Shown here: positions 34,211 through 47,727 of the stretch, piece by piece
Numbering within the stretch: the stretch's first letter is position 1
How the letters are laid out: every line of letters begins with the position of its first letter
Assembly: GCF_963921235.1 (NCBI RefSeq)
Contig: NC_086101.1
Span: forward strand, 62,001-126,000
Source: Mobula hypostoma
Taxonomy: Eukaryota
Direction: 5' to 3'
Length of the DNA stretch: 64,000 bases
Notes under the pieces: model-generated
Database searches by the model: none
What the model was told of the DNA's origin: nothing
Seen by the model: the letters and a program-made list of their open reading frames with translations, nothing else
Translations under genes and position numbers: made by a program

Positions 34211-37170
34211 TTAGAAACCAGAGAAACCATAGAAACTACAGCACAGAAACAGGCCTTTTGGCCCTTCTTGGCTGTGCCGAACCATTTTCTGCCTAGTCCC
34301 ACTGACCTGCACACGGACCATATCCCTCCATACACCTCCCATCCATGTATCTGTCCAATATATTCTTAAATGTTAAAAAAGAACCCGCATTTACCACCTC
34401 GTCTGGCAGCTCATTCCATACTCCCACCACTCTCTGTGTGAAGAAGCCCCCCTCTAATGTTCCCTTTAAACTTTTCCCCCTTCACCCTTAACCCATGTCC
34501 TCTGGTTTTTTTCTCCCCTTGCCTCAGTGGAAAAAGCCTGCTTGCACTCACTCTATCTCTACCCATCATAATTTTATATACCTCTATCAAATCTCCCCTC
34601 ATTCTTCTACGCTCCAGGGAATAAAGTCCCAACCTATTCAACCTTTCTCTGTAACTGAGTTTCTCAAGTCCCGGCAACATCCTTGTAAACCTTCTCTGCA
34701 CTCTTTCAACCTTATTTATATCCTTCCTGTAATTTGGTGACCAAAACTGAACACAATACTCCAGATTCGGGCTCACCAATGCCTTATACAACCTCATCAT
34801 AACATTCCAGCTCTTATACTCAATACTTTTGATTAATAAAGGCCAATGTACCAAAAGCTCACTTTACGACCCTATATACCTGTGACGCCACTTTTAGGGA
34901 ATTTTGTATCTGTATTACCAGATCCCTCTGTTCCACTGCACTCCTCAGTGCCTTACCATTAACCCTGTATGTTGTACCTTGGTTTGTCCTTCAAACGTGC
35001 AATACCTCACACTTGTCAGTATTAAACTCCATCAGCCATTTTTTAGCCCATTTTTCCAGCTGGTCCAAGTCCCTCTGCAGGCTCTGAAAACCTTCCTCAC
35101 TGTCTACTACACCTCCAATCTTTGTATCATCAACAAACTTGCTGATCCAATTTACCACATTATCATCCAGATCATTGATATAGATGACAAATAACAATGG
35201 ACCCAGCACTGATCCCTGTGGCACACCACTAGTCACAGGCCTCTACTCAGAGAAGCAATTCTCTACCACCACTCTCTGGCTTCTTCCATCAAGCCAATGT
35301 CTAATCCAATTTACCACCTCTCCATGTATACCTAGCGACTGAATTTTCCTAACTAACCTCCCATGTGGGACCTTGTCAAAGGCCTTACCGAAGTTCATGT
35401 AGACAATATCCACTGCCTTCCCTTCATCCACTTTCCTGGTAACCTCCTCGAAAAACTCCAGTAGATTGGTCAAACATGACCTACCACACGCAAAGCCATG
35501 TTGACTCTCCCTAATAAGTCCCTGTCTATCCAAATGCTTGTAGATTCTGTCTCTTAGTACTCCCTCCAATAACTTACCTACCACCGACGTTAAACTTACT
35601 GGCCTATAATTTCCCGGATTACTTTTCGATCCTTTTTTAAACAACGGAACAACATGAGCCACTCTCCAATCCTCCGGCACCTCACCTGTAGACAGCGACA
35701 TTTTAAATATTTCAGGCAGGGCCCCTGCAATTTCAACACGAGTCTCCTTCAAGGTCCGAGGGAACCGCCTGTCAGGTCTTGGGGATTTATCCACTTTAAT
35801 TTTCCTCAAGACAGCAAGGACCTCCTCCTTTTCGATCTGTACAGTTTCCATGATCTCACTACTTGTTTCCCTTAATTCCATAGACTTCATGCCAGTTTCC
35901 TGAGTAAACACAGACGCAAAAAAACTATTTCCTTTGGTTCCGCACATAGCCGACCACTCTGATCTTCAAGAGGACCAATTTTATCCCTTACAATCCTTTT
36001 GCTCTTAATATACCTGTAAAAGCTCTTTGGATTATCCTTCACTTTGACTACCAAGGCAACCTCATGTCTTCTTTTAGCCCTCCTGATTTCTTTCTTAAGT
36101 ATTTTCTTGCACTTCTTATACTCCTCAAGCACCTTATTTACTCCCTGCTTCCTATACATGTCATACAACTCCCTCTTCTTCTTTATCAGAGTTGCAATAT
36201 CCCTTGAGGACCAAGGTTCCTTATTCCTATTCACCTTGCCTTTAATCCTGACAGGAACATACAAACTCCGCACTCTCAGAATTTCCCCTTTGAAGGCTTC
36301 CCACCTATCGATCACATCTATGCCAGAGAACAACCTGTCCCAATCCACGCTTTTTAGATCCTTTCTCATTTCTTCAAATTTGGCCTTCTTCCAGTTAAGA
36401 ACCTCAACCCTAGGACCAGATCTATCCTTGTCCATGATCAAGTTGAAACTAATGGTGTTATGATCACTGGAACCAAAGTGCTCCCCTACACAGACTTCTG
36501 TCACTTGTCCTAACTTGTTTCCTAACAGGAGATCCAATATTGCATCCCCTCTAGTTGGTCCATCTATATATTGATTTAGAAAACTTTCCTGAACACATTT
36601 TACAAACTCTAAACCATCTCGACCCCTAACAGTATGGGAGACCCAATCAATATATGGAAAATTAAAATCCCCAACCAGCACAACTTTATGTTTCCTACAG
36701 TTGCCTGCTATCTCTCTGCAGATTTGCACTTCCAATTCTCTTTGACTATTGGGTGGTCTGTAATACAATCCCACTAGTGTGGCCATACCTTTCCTATTTC
36801 TCAGCTCCAGCCACAAGGACTCAGTAGACAAGCCCTCTAATCTGTCCTGCCTGAGCACTGCTGTAATGTTTTCCCTAACAAGCAATGCCACTCCCCCACC
36901 TTTCATTCCTCTGCCTCGATCACATCTGAAACATCGGAACCCTGGAATATTAAGCTGCCAGTCCTGCCCCTCCTGTAGCCAAGTTTCACTAATTGCTACA
37001 ACGTCATAATTCCACGTGTCAATCCACACCCTCAACTCATCCGCCTTCCCCACAATACTCCTAGCATTGAAATATATACACCTCAGAAGATTTTTACCAC
37101 CATTCACAACCTTTCTATCAGTGGATTTGCTTGAACTTTTAACATCATGTATTTTCACCCTAGCCACACT
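34211..37170 (-). mobile_element. CR1 subfamily C, nearly complete ORF2 (APE endonuclease + RT) broken by a few stops/indels
   Basis: ORFs 35887-37167 (YFNARS, SETW, GDFN, SDH), 35243-35947, 34991-35236 (KFVDD), 34411-34854; (TTTCTATGG)-type tail. Confidence 0.96.
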
Positions 37171-37434
37171 ATCCTTGCCTGGGTGATAGTTTTGCCTTGA
37201 AGACGGTCCCCTATGTGAGAAGCTACTTTTGGCTATTTCTCAAGAGTGGATTCGGAGTCCGACGACGGAAGATGGAAGACTGCTAATTCGTTCTTTTCCT
37301 ATTGTGGATTTCACCTCGGCTTACAAACACCTCTCTCTCCCCCACCAACTCCATGAATTGCGCTGAACTTCCTTACATTACCATCGTAAGACTTTAAATC
37401 TTGCCACCCGAGCTTGAACGAGTTTGGGAATTAT

Positions 37435-37437
<3 letters not shown>

Positions 37438-37491
<54 letters not shown>
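37438..37491. repeat. (CA)n microsatellite
   Basis: Direct. Confidence 0.98.
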
Positions 37492-37496
<5 letters not shown>

Positions 37497-38115
37497 TTGC
37501 AGAGTCGCACTGAAAGTCTGAGGCATACAGTGTGAACAGAAACGGAGACAGGACAGTCCCTCGTGTGACTCCAGTACCACTCACCTCCACCTCAGGCAGA
37601 GAACTACCTGGGGTACAAACTGGAATCTATCTGTCAGGTAGTCAGTAATCCAGGAGACAGTGCAGTGTTCTACGCCCATCCTTTGCAGATTCTCGCTCAG
37701 AAGAAGTGGCTGAATTGTATTCAAGGCACTAGAGAAATCAAACAGTGTGATGCTCACAATGCCAGCAACATCATCCAGGTAAGAGTGAGCTCGCTGTGAC
37801 AGGTAGACGATGGCATCATCTACTCCCACAAGAGGCTGCTTGGCAAACTGCAGAGGGTCCAATGAAGATCTCAAATGTGGCCCAACACCAGCCACTCCAG
37901 AACCTTCATCGCATGAGATGTTAGGGCAATTGGTATGTAGCCATAAAGACTCGATTGAGTCACCTTCTTGGATAGAGAAACCAAGTGAGAAGTCTTCCAC
38001 AGCACTGGTATCTTTTCCTGACAGACTCAGATTGTAAAGATGCTACAAAATACCAGGCAGGTGGCTCGTACAGGCCTTCAGTACCCTGTGGCTGATACCA
38101 TCCGGTCCAGCAGTG
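37497..38115 (-). mobile_element. Rex/Babar-like RT fragment
   Basis: LDPLQFA, GVDDAI, FDFSSALNTIQP, WITDYLTDR, GTVLSPFLFTLY. Confidence 0.85.
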
Positions 38116-39210
38116 AGTGAGTGAGCCAGTGAAGGAGTGGAGTTTTGAGGCTTTGACTCGAGAGGCTTCGACGAGAAAAGGCGGAGGACGAGCTTGCTCG
38201 CAGTTAGTCTTGAGATGGTAATGTGCCTCTCATGTGAAATATGGCAGTCTTGGGGGAAAGCCCCTCTCCCATAGAGTCACATCTGCCAGAAGTGCATACG
38301 GCTGGGCGATCTGGAAGACCGTGTAAGGAATCTGGAGCAGCAGCTGGATGACCTTCGACTCATAAGGGAGAATGAGGCAGTCAGAGCTGAGAGCTACAGA
38401 GAGGCAGTCACACCTAGGCTGTCGGAAGCAGATTGTTTGGTGACAGTCAGAGGGGGGAAAGTGAAGGTGAGCAGACAGGTAGTGCAGAGCACCCCTGTAG
38501 TCATTCCCCTGAATAATAAGTTTACCGGCCTGGATACTGTTGGTGGGGACGACCGACCAGCTGTGAGCCACTGTGGCAGGGCCTCCGGCACTGAGTCTGA
38601 CCCGGTGGTGCAGAAGCGTGGGACGGAGAAGAGGAGAGCTGTCGTCATTGGAGACTCTATAGTCCGGGGAGCAGACAGGAGATTTTGTGGACGTGAGAAG
38701 GACAGCCGCTTGGTTTGTTGCCTCCCGGGTGCCAGGGTCTGGGATGTCTCTGACCGGGTGCACGACATCCTGGTACGAGAGGGAAAGCAGCCAGAAGTCG
38801 TGATACATGTTGGTACCAACGACATAGGCAGGAAGAGGAATGAGGTGCTGAAGCGTGAGTTTCGGGAACTAGGCAGAAGGTTGAAGAACAGGACCTCAAG
38901 GGTGGCGTTCTCAGGATTGCTGCCAGTGCTACGTGACAGTGATGGTAAGAATTGGAGGAGATGGCAGTTGAATGCGTGGCTGAGGATTTGGTGCAGGGAG
39001 CAGGGTTTTAGATGTTTAGATCATTGAGATCTCTTCTGGGGAAGGTGGGACCTGTACAGATTGGATGGGTTGTACCTGAACTCGAGGGGGAACAATATCC
39101 TTGCAGGTAGGTTTGCTAGCATGGTTTGGGAGGGTTTAAACTAATTTGCAAGGGGGATGGGACCCGGAGTGATAGACCAATGAAAGAAGTGCATGGGGTA
39201 AAGCCAGATC

Positions 39211-41455
39211 CACCACCGCTCCCTGGCCTTTAGCATTATCATGGAAAAGGATAGAATCAGAGAAAACAAGAAAATTTTTAATTGGGGAAGGGCAAATTAT
39301 GAGGCTATAAGGCTAGAACTTGCGGCTGTGAATTGGGATGATGTTTTTGCAGGGAAATGTACTATGGACATGTGGTCGATGTTTAGAGATCTCTTGCAGG
39401 ATGTTAGGGATAAATTTGTCCCAGTGAGGAAGATAAAAAATGGTAGGGTGAAGGAACCATGGGTGACAAGTGATGTGGAAAATCTAGTCAGGTGGAAGAA
39501 GGCAGCATACATGAGGTTCAGGAAGCAAGGATCAGATGGGTCTATTTAGGAATATAGGGAAGCAAGAAAGGGTCTTAAGAAGGGGCTGAGGAGAGCAAGA
39601 AGGGGGCATGAGAAGGCCTTGGCGAGTAGGGTAAAGGAAAACCCCAAGGCATTCTTCAATTATGTGAAGAAAAAAAGGATGACAGGAGTGAAGGTAGGAC
39701 CGATTAGAGATAAAGGTCGGAAGATGTGCCTGGAGGCTGTGGAAGTGAGCGAGGTCCTCAGTGAATACTTCTTTCGGTTTTCACCAATGAGTGGGAACTT
39801 GATGATGGTGAGGACAATATGAGTGAGGTTGATGTTCTGAAGCATGTTGATATTAAGGAAGAGGCGGTTTTGAAGTTGTTAAAATACATTAGGACGGATA
39901 TATCCCTGGGGCCTGACGGAATATTCCCCAGGCTGCTCCATGAGGCGAGGGAAGGGATTGCTGAGCCTCTGGCTAGGACCTTTATGTCCTCGTTGTCCAT
40001 GGGAATGGTACCGGAGGATTGGAGGGAAGCGAATGTTGTCCCCTTGTTCAAAAAAGGTAGTAGGGATAGTCCGGGTAATTATAGACAAGTGAGCCTTACG
40101 TCTGTGGTGGGAAAGCTGTTGGAAAGGATTCTTAGCGATAGGATCTCTGGGCATTTAGAGAATCACGGTCTGATCAGGGACAGTCAGCATGGCTTTGTGA
40201 AGGGCAGATCATGTCTAATAAGCCTGATAGAGTTCTTTGAGGAGGTGACTAGGCATATAGATGAGAGTAGTGCAGTGGATGTGATCTACTTGGATTTCAG
40301 TAGGGCATTTGACAAGGTTCCACATGGTAGGCTTATTCAGAAAGTCAGAAGGCATGGGATTCAGGGAAGTTTGGCCGGGTGGATTCAGAGTTGGTTTGTC
40401 CGCAGAAGGCAGAGGGTCGTGGTGGAGGGAGTACATTCAGAATGGAGGATTGTGACTAGTGGTGTCCCACAAGGATCTGTTTTGGGACCACTACTTTTCG
40501 TGATTTTTATCAACGACCTAGATGTGGGGGTAGAGGGGTGAATTGGCAAGTTTGCCGACGACACCAAGGTTGGTGGTGTTGTAGATAGTGTAGAGTATTA
40601 TCAAAGATTGCAGAGAGACATCGATAGGATACAGAAGTGGGCTGAGAAGTGGCAGATGGAGTTCAACCCGGTGAAGTGCGAGGTGGTACACTTTGGAAGG
40701 ACAATCTCCAAGGCAGAGTACAAAGTAAATGTCAGGATACTTGATAGTGTGGAGGAGCAGAGGGATCTCGGGGTACATGTCCACAGATCTCTGGAAGTTG
40801 CCTCACAGGTAGATAGGGTAGTTAAGAAAGCTTATGGGGCGTTAGCTTTCATAAGTCGAGGGGCAGAGTTTAACAGTCACGATGTAATGATGCAGCTCTA
40901 TAAAATTCTCTGGTTAGGCTACAATTGGAGTACTGTGTCCAGTTCTGGTCACCTCACTATAGGAAGGATGTGGAAGCATTGGAAATGGTACAGAGGAGAT
41001 TTGCCAGGATGCTGCCTGGTTTAGAGTGTATGCATTATGATCAGAGTTCAAGGGAGCTCGGGCTTTACTCTTTGGAGAGAAGGAGGATGAGAGGAGACAT
41101 GACAGAGATGTACAAGATATTAAGAGGAATACACAGAGTGGATAGCCAGCGCCACTTCCCAAGGGCACCACTACTCAATACAAGAGGACATGGCTTTAAG
41201 GTAAGGGGTGGGAAGTTCAAGGGAGATATTAAAGGAAGGTTTTTTACTCAGAGAGTAGTTGGTGCGTGGAATGCACTGCCTGAGTCAGTGGTGGAGGCAG
41301 ATACACTCGTGAGGCTTAAGAGGCTACTAGACAGGTATATGGAGGAATTTAAAGTGGGAGTTATATGGGGGGCAGGGTTTGAGGCTCGGCACACCATTGT
41401 TAGCTGAAGGGCCTGTACTGTGCTGTACTATTCTATGTTCTATGTTCCGTGTTCT
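39211..41455 (+). mobile_element. 5'-truncated CR1-A inserted into another CR1-A
   Basis: Duplicates 46425-46591+47805-49862; own (TATGTTC)n tail at 41428-41455; host gccagatc|...|atcgaacatatag. Confidence 0.85.
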
Positions 41456-42095
41456 ATCGAACATATAGAGAGGCTTTGAGAAAAGAGAAGCATAATACAT
41501 GGTGTAAAGGTAGTAAGGTAGAAGGGCTGAAATGTGTGTACCTCAATGCAAGAAGCATCAGGAACAAAGGTGATGAACTGAGAGCTTGGATACATATATG
41601 GAATTATGATGTAGTGGCCATTACAGAGACTTGGATGGCACCAGGGCAGGAATGGATTCTCAATATTCCTGGATTTCAGTGCTTTAAAATGGATAGAGAG
41701 GGTGGAAAAAGGGGGTGGAAAAAGGGGAGGAGGGGTGGCATTACTGGTCAGGGATACTATTACAGCTACAGAAAGGGTGGGTAATGTAGCAGAATCCACT
41801 TTTGAGTCAGTATGGGTGGAAGTCAGGAACAGGAAGGGGGCAGTTATTCTATTGGGGGTATTCTATAGGCCCCCTGGTAGCAGCAGAGATACAGAGGACC
41901 AAATTGGGATGCAGATTTTGGAAAGGTGCAAAAATAACAGGGTTGTTATCATGGGTGACTTTACCTTCCCGAATACTGATTGGCACCTGATTAGTTCCAA
42001 CGGTATAGATGGGGCAGAGTTTGTTAAGTGTGTCCAGGATGGATTTCTGTCACAGTATGTGGACAGGCCGACTAGGGGGAATGCCATACTAGATC

Positions 42096-45000
42096 GAGGC
42101 AGGACAGATTAGAGGGCTTGTCTACTGAGTCCTTATGGGTGGAGCTGAGAAACAAGAAAGGTATGGCCACATTAGTGGGATTGTATTACAGACCAACCAA
42201 TAGTCAACGAGAATTGGAAGAGCAAATCTGCAGAGAGAGAGCAGGCAACTGCAGGAAACATAAAGTTGTGGTGGTAGGGGATTTTAATTTTCCATATATT
42301 GATTGGGTCTCCCATACTGTTAGGGGTCTAGATGGTTTAGAGTTTGTAAAATGTGTTCAGGAAAGTTTTCTAAATCAATATATAGAGGGACCAACTGGAG
42401 CGGATGCAATATTGGATCTCCTGTTAGGAAGTGAGTTAGGACAAGTGACGCAAGTCTGTGTAAGGGAGCACTTTGGTTCCAGTGATCATAACACCATTAG
42501 TTTCAACTTGATCATGGACAAGGATAGATCTGGTCCTAGGGTTGAGGTTCTGAACTGGAAGAAGGCCAAATTTGAAGAAATGAGGAAGGATCTAAAAAGT
42601 GTGGATTGGGACATGTTGTTCTTTGGCAAAGATGTGATCGGTAGGTGGGAAGCCTTCAAAGGAGAAATTTTGAGAGTGCAGAGTTTGTATGTTTCTGTCA
42701 GGATTAAAGGCAAAGTGAGTAGGAATAAGGAACCTTGGTTCTCAAGGGATATTGCAGCTCTGATAAAGAAGAAGAGGGAGTTGTATGACATGTATAGGAA
42801 ACAGGGAGTAAATAAGGTGCTTGAGGAGTATAAGAAGTGCAAGAAAATACTTAAGAAAGAAATCAGGAGGGCTAAAAGAAGACATGAGGTTGCCTTGGCA
42901 GTCAAAATGAAGGATAAAGTACTTAGGAAGCTGAATAGTCTAAAGGTAGATAAATCTCCTGGATCAGATGGAATGCACCCTCGTGTTCTGAAGGAAGTAG
43001 CTGTGGAGATTGCGGAGGCATTAGCAATGATCTTTCAAAAGTCAATAGATTCTGGCATGGTTCCGGAAGACTGGAAGATTGCAAATGTCACTCCGCTATT
43101 TAAGAAGGGGGCAAGGAAGCAAAAAGGAAATTATAGACCTGTTAGCTTAGCATCGGTGGTTGGGAAGTTTTTGAAGTCGATTGTCAAGGATGAGGTTACA
43201 GAGTACCTGGAGGCATATGACAAGATAGACAAAACTCAGCATGGATTCCTTAAAGGAACATCCTGCCTGACAAACCTATTACAATTTTTTGAGGAAATTA
43301 CCAGTAGGCTAGACAAGGGAGATGCAGTGGATGTTGTATATTTGGATTTTCAGAAGGCCTTTGACAATGTGCCACACATGAGGCTACTTAACAAGATAAA
43401 AGTCCATGGAATTACGGGAAAGTTACATACGTGGATAGAGCATTGGCTGATTGGCAGGAAACAGAGAGTGGGAATAAAGGGATCGTATTCTGGTTGGCTG
43501 CCGGTTACCAGTGGTGTTCCACAGGGGTCAGTGTTGGGGTCGCTTCTTTTTACATTGTACATCAACGATTTGGATTATGGAATAGATGGCTTTGTGGGTA
43601 AATTTTCTGACGATACGAAGATAGGTGGAGGGGCTGGTAGTGCTGAGGAAATGGAGAGTCTGCAGAGAGACTTGGATAGATTGGAAGAATGGGCAAAGAA
43701 GTGGCAAATGAAGTACAATGTTGGAAAGTGTATGGTTATGCACTTTGGCAGAAAAAATAAATGGGCAGACTATTATTTAAATGGGGAAAGAATTCAAAGT
43801 TCTGAGATGCAATGGGACTTGGGAGTCCTCGTACAGGATACCCTTAAAGTTAACCTCCAGGTTGAGTCAGTAGTGAAGAAGGCGAATGCAATGTTGGCAT
43901 TCATTTCTAGAGGAATAGAGTATAGGAGCAGGGATGTGATGTTGAGGCTCTATAAGGCGCTGGTGAGACCTCACTTGGAATACTGTGGGCAGTTTTGGTC
44001 TCCTTATTTAAGAAAGGATGTGCTGACGTTGGAGAGGGTAGAGAGGAGATTCACTAGAATGATTCCAGGAATGAGAGGGTTAAAATATGAGGAACGTTTG
44101 TCTGCTCTTGGACTATATTCCTTGGAGTTTAGAAGAATGACGGGAGACCTCATAGAAACATTTCAAATGTTGAAAGGCATGGACAGAGTGGATGTGGCAA
44201 AGTTGTTTCCCATGATGGGGGAGTCTAGTGTGAGAGGGCATGCCCTAAGGATTGAAGGGCGCCCATTCAGAACAGAAATGCAAAGAAATTTTTTTCGTCA
44301 GAGGGTGGTGAATCTATGGAATTTGTTGTCACGGGCGGCAGTGGAGGCCAAGTCATTGGGTGTATTTAAGGCAGAGATTGATAGGTATCTGAGTAGCCAG
44401 GGCATCAAAGGTTATGGTGAGAAGGCGGGGGAGTGGGACTAAATAGGAGAATGTATCAGCTCATGATAAAATGGCGGAGCAGACTCGATGGGCCGAATGG
44501 ACTACTCCTTCTCCTTTGTCTTATGGTCTTATGGTTTTATAATCCAAAGAGCTTTTACAGGTATATGAAGAGCAAAAGGATTGTCAGGGATAAAATTAGT
44601 CCTCTTGAAGATCAGAGTGGTTGGCTATGTGCGGATCCAAAGGAAATGGGGGAGTCTTAAATAGGTTTTTTGCGTCTGTATTTACTAAGGAAACTTGCAT
44701 GAAGTCTATGGAATTAAGGGAAACAAGTAGTGAGATCATGGAAATTGTACAGATTGAAAAGGAGGAGGTGCTTGCTGTCTTGAGGAAAATTAAAGTGGAT
44801 AAATCCCCAGGACCTGACAGGCGGTTCCCTCGGACCATGAAGGAGACTAGTGTTGAAATTGCAGGGGCCCTGGCAGAAATATTTAAAATGTCACTGTCTA
44901 CAGGTGAGGTGCCGGAGGATTGGAGAGTGGCTCAAGTTGTTCCGTTGTTTAAAAAAGGATCGAAAAGTAATCTGGGAAATTATAGGCTGGTAAATTTAAC

Positions 45001-46356
45001 ATCGGTAGTAGGTAAGTTATTGGAGGGAGTACTAAGAGACAGCATCTACAAGCATTTGGATAGACAGGGACTTATTAGGGAGAGTCAACATGGCTTTGTG
45101 CGTGGTAGGTCATGTTTGACCAATCTATTGGAGTTTTTCGAGGAGTTTACCAGGAAAGTGGATGAAGGGAAGGCAGTGGATATTGTCTACATGGACTTCA
45201 GTAAGGCCTTTGACAAGGTCCCGCATGGGAGGTTAGTTAGGAAAATTCAGTCGCTAGGTATACATGGAGAGGTGGTAAATTGGATTAGACATTGGCTCAA
45301 TGGAAGAAGCCAAAGAGTGGTAGTAGAGAATTGCTTCTCCGAGTGGAGGCCTGTGACTAGTGGTGTGCCACAGGGATCAGTGCTGGGTCCATTGTTATTT
45401 GTCATCTATATCAATGATCTAGATGATAATGTGGTAAATTGGATCAGCAAATTTGCTGATGATACCAAGATTGGAGGTGTAGTAGACAGTGAGGAAGGTT
45501 TTCAGAGGACTTGGACCAGCTGGAAAAATGAGCTGAAAAATGGCAGATGGAGTTTAATACTGACAAGTGTGAGGTATTGCACGTTTGAAGGACAAACCAA
45601 GGTAGAACATACAGGGTTAATGGTAAGGCACTGAGGAGGGCAGTAGAACAGAGCGATCTGGGAATACAGATACAAAATTCCCTGAAAGTGGCGTCACAGG
45701 TAGATAGGGTCATAAAGAGAGCTTTTGTTACATTGGACTTTATTAATCAAAGTATTGAGTATAAGAGCTGGAATGTTATTATGAGGTTGTGTAAGGCATT
45801 GGTGATCGGAATCTGGAGTATTGTGTTCAGTTTTGGTCACCAAATTACAGGAAGGATATAAATAAGGTTGAAAGAGTGCAGAGAAGGTTGACAAGGATGT
45901 TGCCAGGACTTGAGAAACTCAGTTACAGAGAAAGGTTGAATAGGTTTGGACTTTATTCCCTGGAGTTTAGAAGAATGAGGGGAGATTTGATAGAGGTATA
46001 TAAAATTATGATGGGTATAGATAAAGTGAATGCAAGAGGGCCTTTTCCACTGAGGCAAGGGGAGAAAAAAACCAGAGGACATGGGTTAAGGGTGAGGGGG
46101 GAAAAGTTTAAAGGGAACTTTGGGGGAGCTTCTTCACACAGAGAGTGGTGGGAGTATGGAATGAACTGCCAGACGAGATGGTAAATGCGGGTTCTTTTTT
46201 AACATTTAAGAATAAATTGGACAGATACATGGATGGGAGGTGTATGGAGGGATATGGACCGTGTGCAGGTCAGTGGGACTAGGCAGAAAATGTATCGACA
46301 CAGCCAAGAAGGGCCTGTTTCTGTACTGTAGTTTTTCTATGATTTCTATGGTTTGT
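42096..46356 (+). mobile_element. CR1-C, 5'-truncated, nested in CR1-A endonuclease region
   Basis: Near-identical to rc of 34211-36855; host reading frame AILD|LVLGNEPGQV restored on removal. Confidence 0.92.
42918..44538 (+). mobile_element. CR1-B, 5'-truncated, nested in CR1-C
   Basis: ataa at 42914-42917 and 44539-44542; (TTATGGTC)n tail; host resumes DNPKSFYRY. Confidence 0.92.
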
Positions 46357-46687
46357 ATCTAGTACTTGGTAATGAACCGGGTCAGGTCACAGATCTCTCA
46401 GTGTTTGAGCATCTGGGGGACAGTGACCACCGCTCCCTGGCCTTTAGCATTATTATGGAAAAGGATTGAATCAGAGAGGAGAGGAAAGTTTTTAATTGGG
46501 GAAGGGCAAATTATGAGGGTATAAGGCTAGAACTTATGGGTGTGAATTGGGATGATGTTTTTGCTGTGAAATGTACTATGGACATATGGTTACAACAGGA
46601 ATTCTGCAGATGCTGGAAATTCAAGCAACATACATCAAAGTTGCTGGTGAACGCAGCAGGCCAGGCAGCATCTATAGGAAGAGGCGC

Positions 46688-46723
46688 AGTCGACGTTTCA
46701 GGCCGAGACCCTTCGTCAGGACT
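46688..46723 (-). ncRNA. Minimal type I hammerhead ribozyme
   Basis: rc: agtc-CTGACGA-agggtctcggcct-GAAAC-GTC-gact. Confidence 0.85.
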
Positions 46724-47691
46724 AACTGAAGGAAGAGTGAGTAAGGGATTTGAAAGCTGGAGGGGGAGGGGGAGATGCAAAATGATAGGAGAAGACAGGA
46801 GGGGGAGGGATAGAGCCAAGAGCTGGACAGGTGATAGGCAAAAGGGGATACGAGAGGATCATGGGACAGGAGGTCCGGGAAGAAAGACGGGGGGGTGGGG
46901 GGGGGTGACCCAGAGGATGGGCAAGAGGTATATTCAGAGGGACAGAGGGAGAAAAAGGAGAGTGAGAGAAAGAATGTGTGCATTAAAAAGAGTAACAGAT
47001 GGGGTACGAGGGGGAGGTGGGGCCTAGCGGAAGTTAGAGAAGTCAATGTTCATGCCATCAGGTTGGAGGCTACCCAGACGGAATATAAGGTGTTATATTT
47101 GGGGTGATATACTGCGTCCGGTGCTCCCGATGTGGCCTTTTATATATTGGTGAGACCCGACGCAGACTGGGAGACCGCTTTGCTGAACATCTACGCTCTG
47201 TCCGCCAGAGAAAGCAGGATCTCCCAGTGGCCACACATTTTAATTCCACATCCCATTCCCATTCTGACATGTCTATCCACGGCCTCCTCTACTGTATAGA
47301 TGAAGCCACACTCAGGTTGGAGGAACAACACCTTATATTCCGTCTGGGTAGCCTCCAACCTGATGGCATGAACATTGACTTCTCTAACTTCCGCTAGGCC
47401 CCACCTCCCCCTCGTACCCCATCTGTTACTCTTTTTAATGCACACATTCTTTCTCTCACTCTCCTTTTTCTCCCTCTGTCCCTCTGAATATACCTCTTGC
47501 CCATCCTCTGGGTCACCCCCCCCCCTGTCTTTCTTCCCGGACCTCCTGTCCCATGATCCTCTCGTATCCCCTTTTGCCTATCACCTGTCCAGCTCTTTGC
47601 TCTATCCCTCCCCCTCCTGTCTTCTCCTATCATTTTGCATCTCCCCCTCCCCCTCCAGCTTTCAAATCCCTTACTCACTCTTCCTTCAGTT

Positions 47692-47727
47692 AGTCCTGAC
47701 GAAGGGTCTCGGCCTGAAACGTCGACT
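47692..47727 (+). ncRNA. Minimal type I hammerhead ribozyme
   Basis: agtc-CTGACGA-agggtctcggcct-GAAAC-GTC-gact. Confidence 0.85.

Larger units (their letters stand above)
33649..37495 (+). mobile_element. LTR of a related gypsy family, interrupted by a mini-PLE (33712-33919) and a CR1 (34211-37170); 3' end lost
   Basis: Starts TGTGACGG like 52551; ccttgcctgggtgatag...ggtcccct, catcgtaagact motifs shared with the other LTRs. Confidence 0.65.

Noticed and set aside
42118..44442. 774-aa ORF as an intact host gene or active LINE ORF2
   Set aside because: Chimera of two nested CR1 copies with junction duplication; N-terminally incomplete
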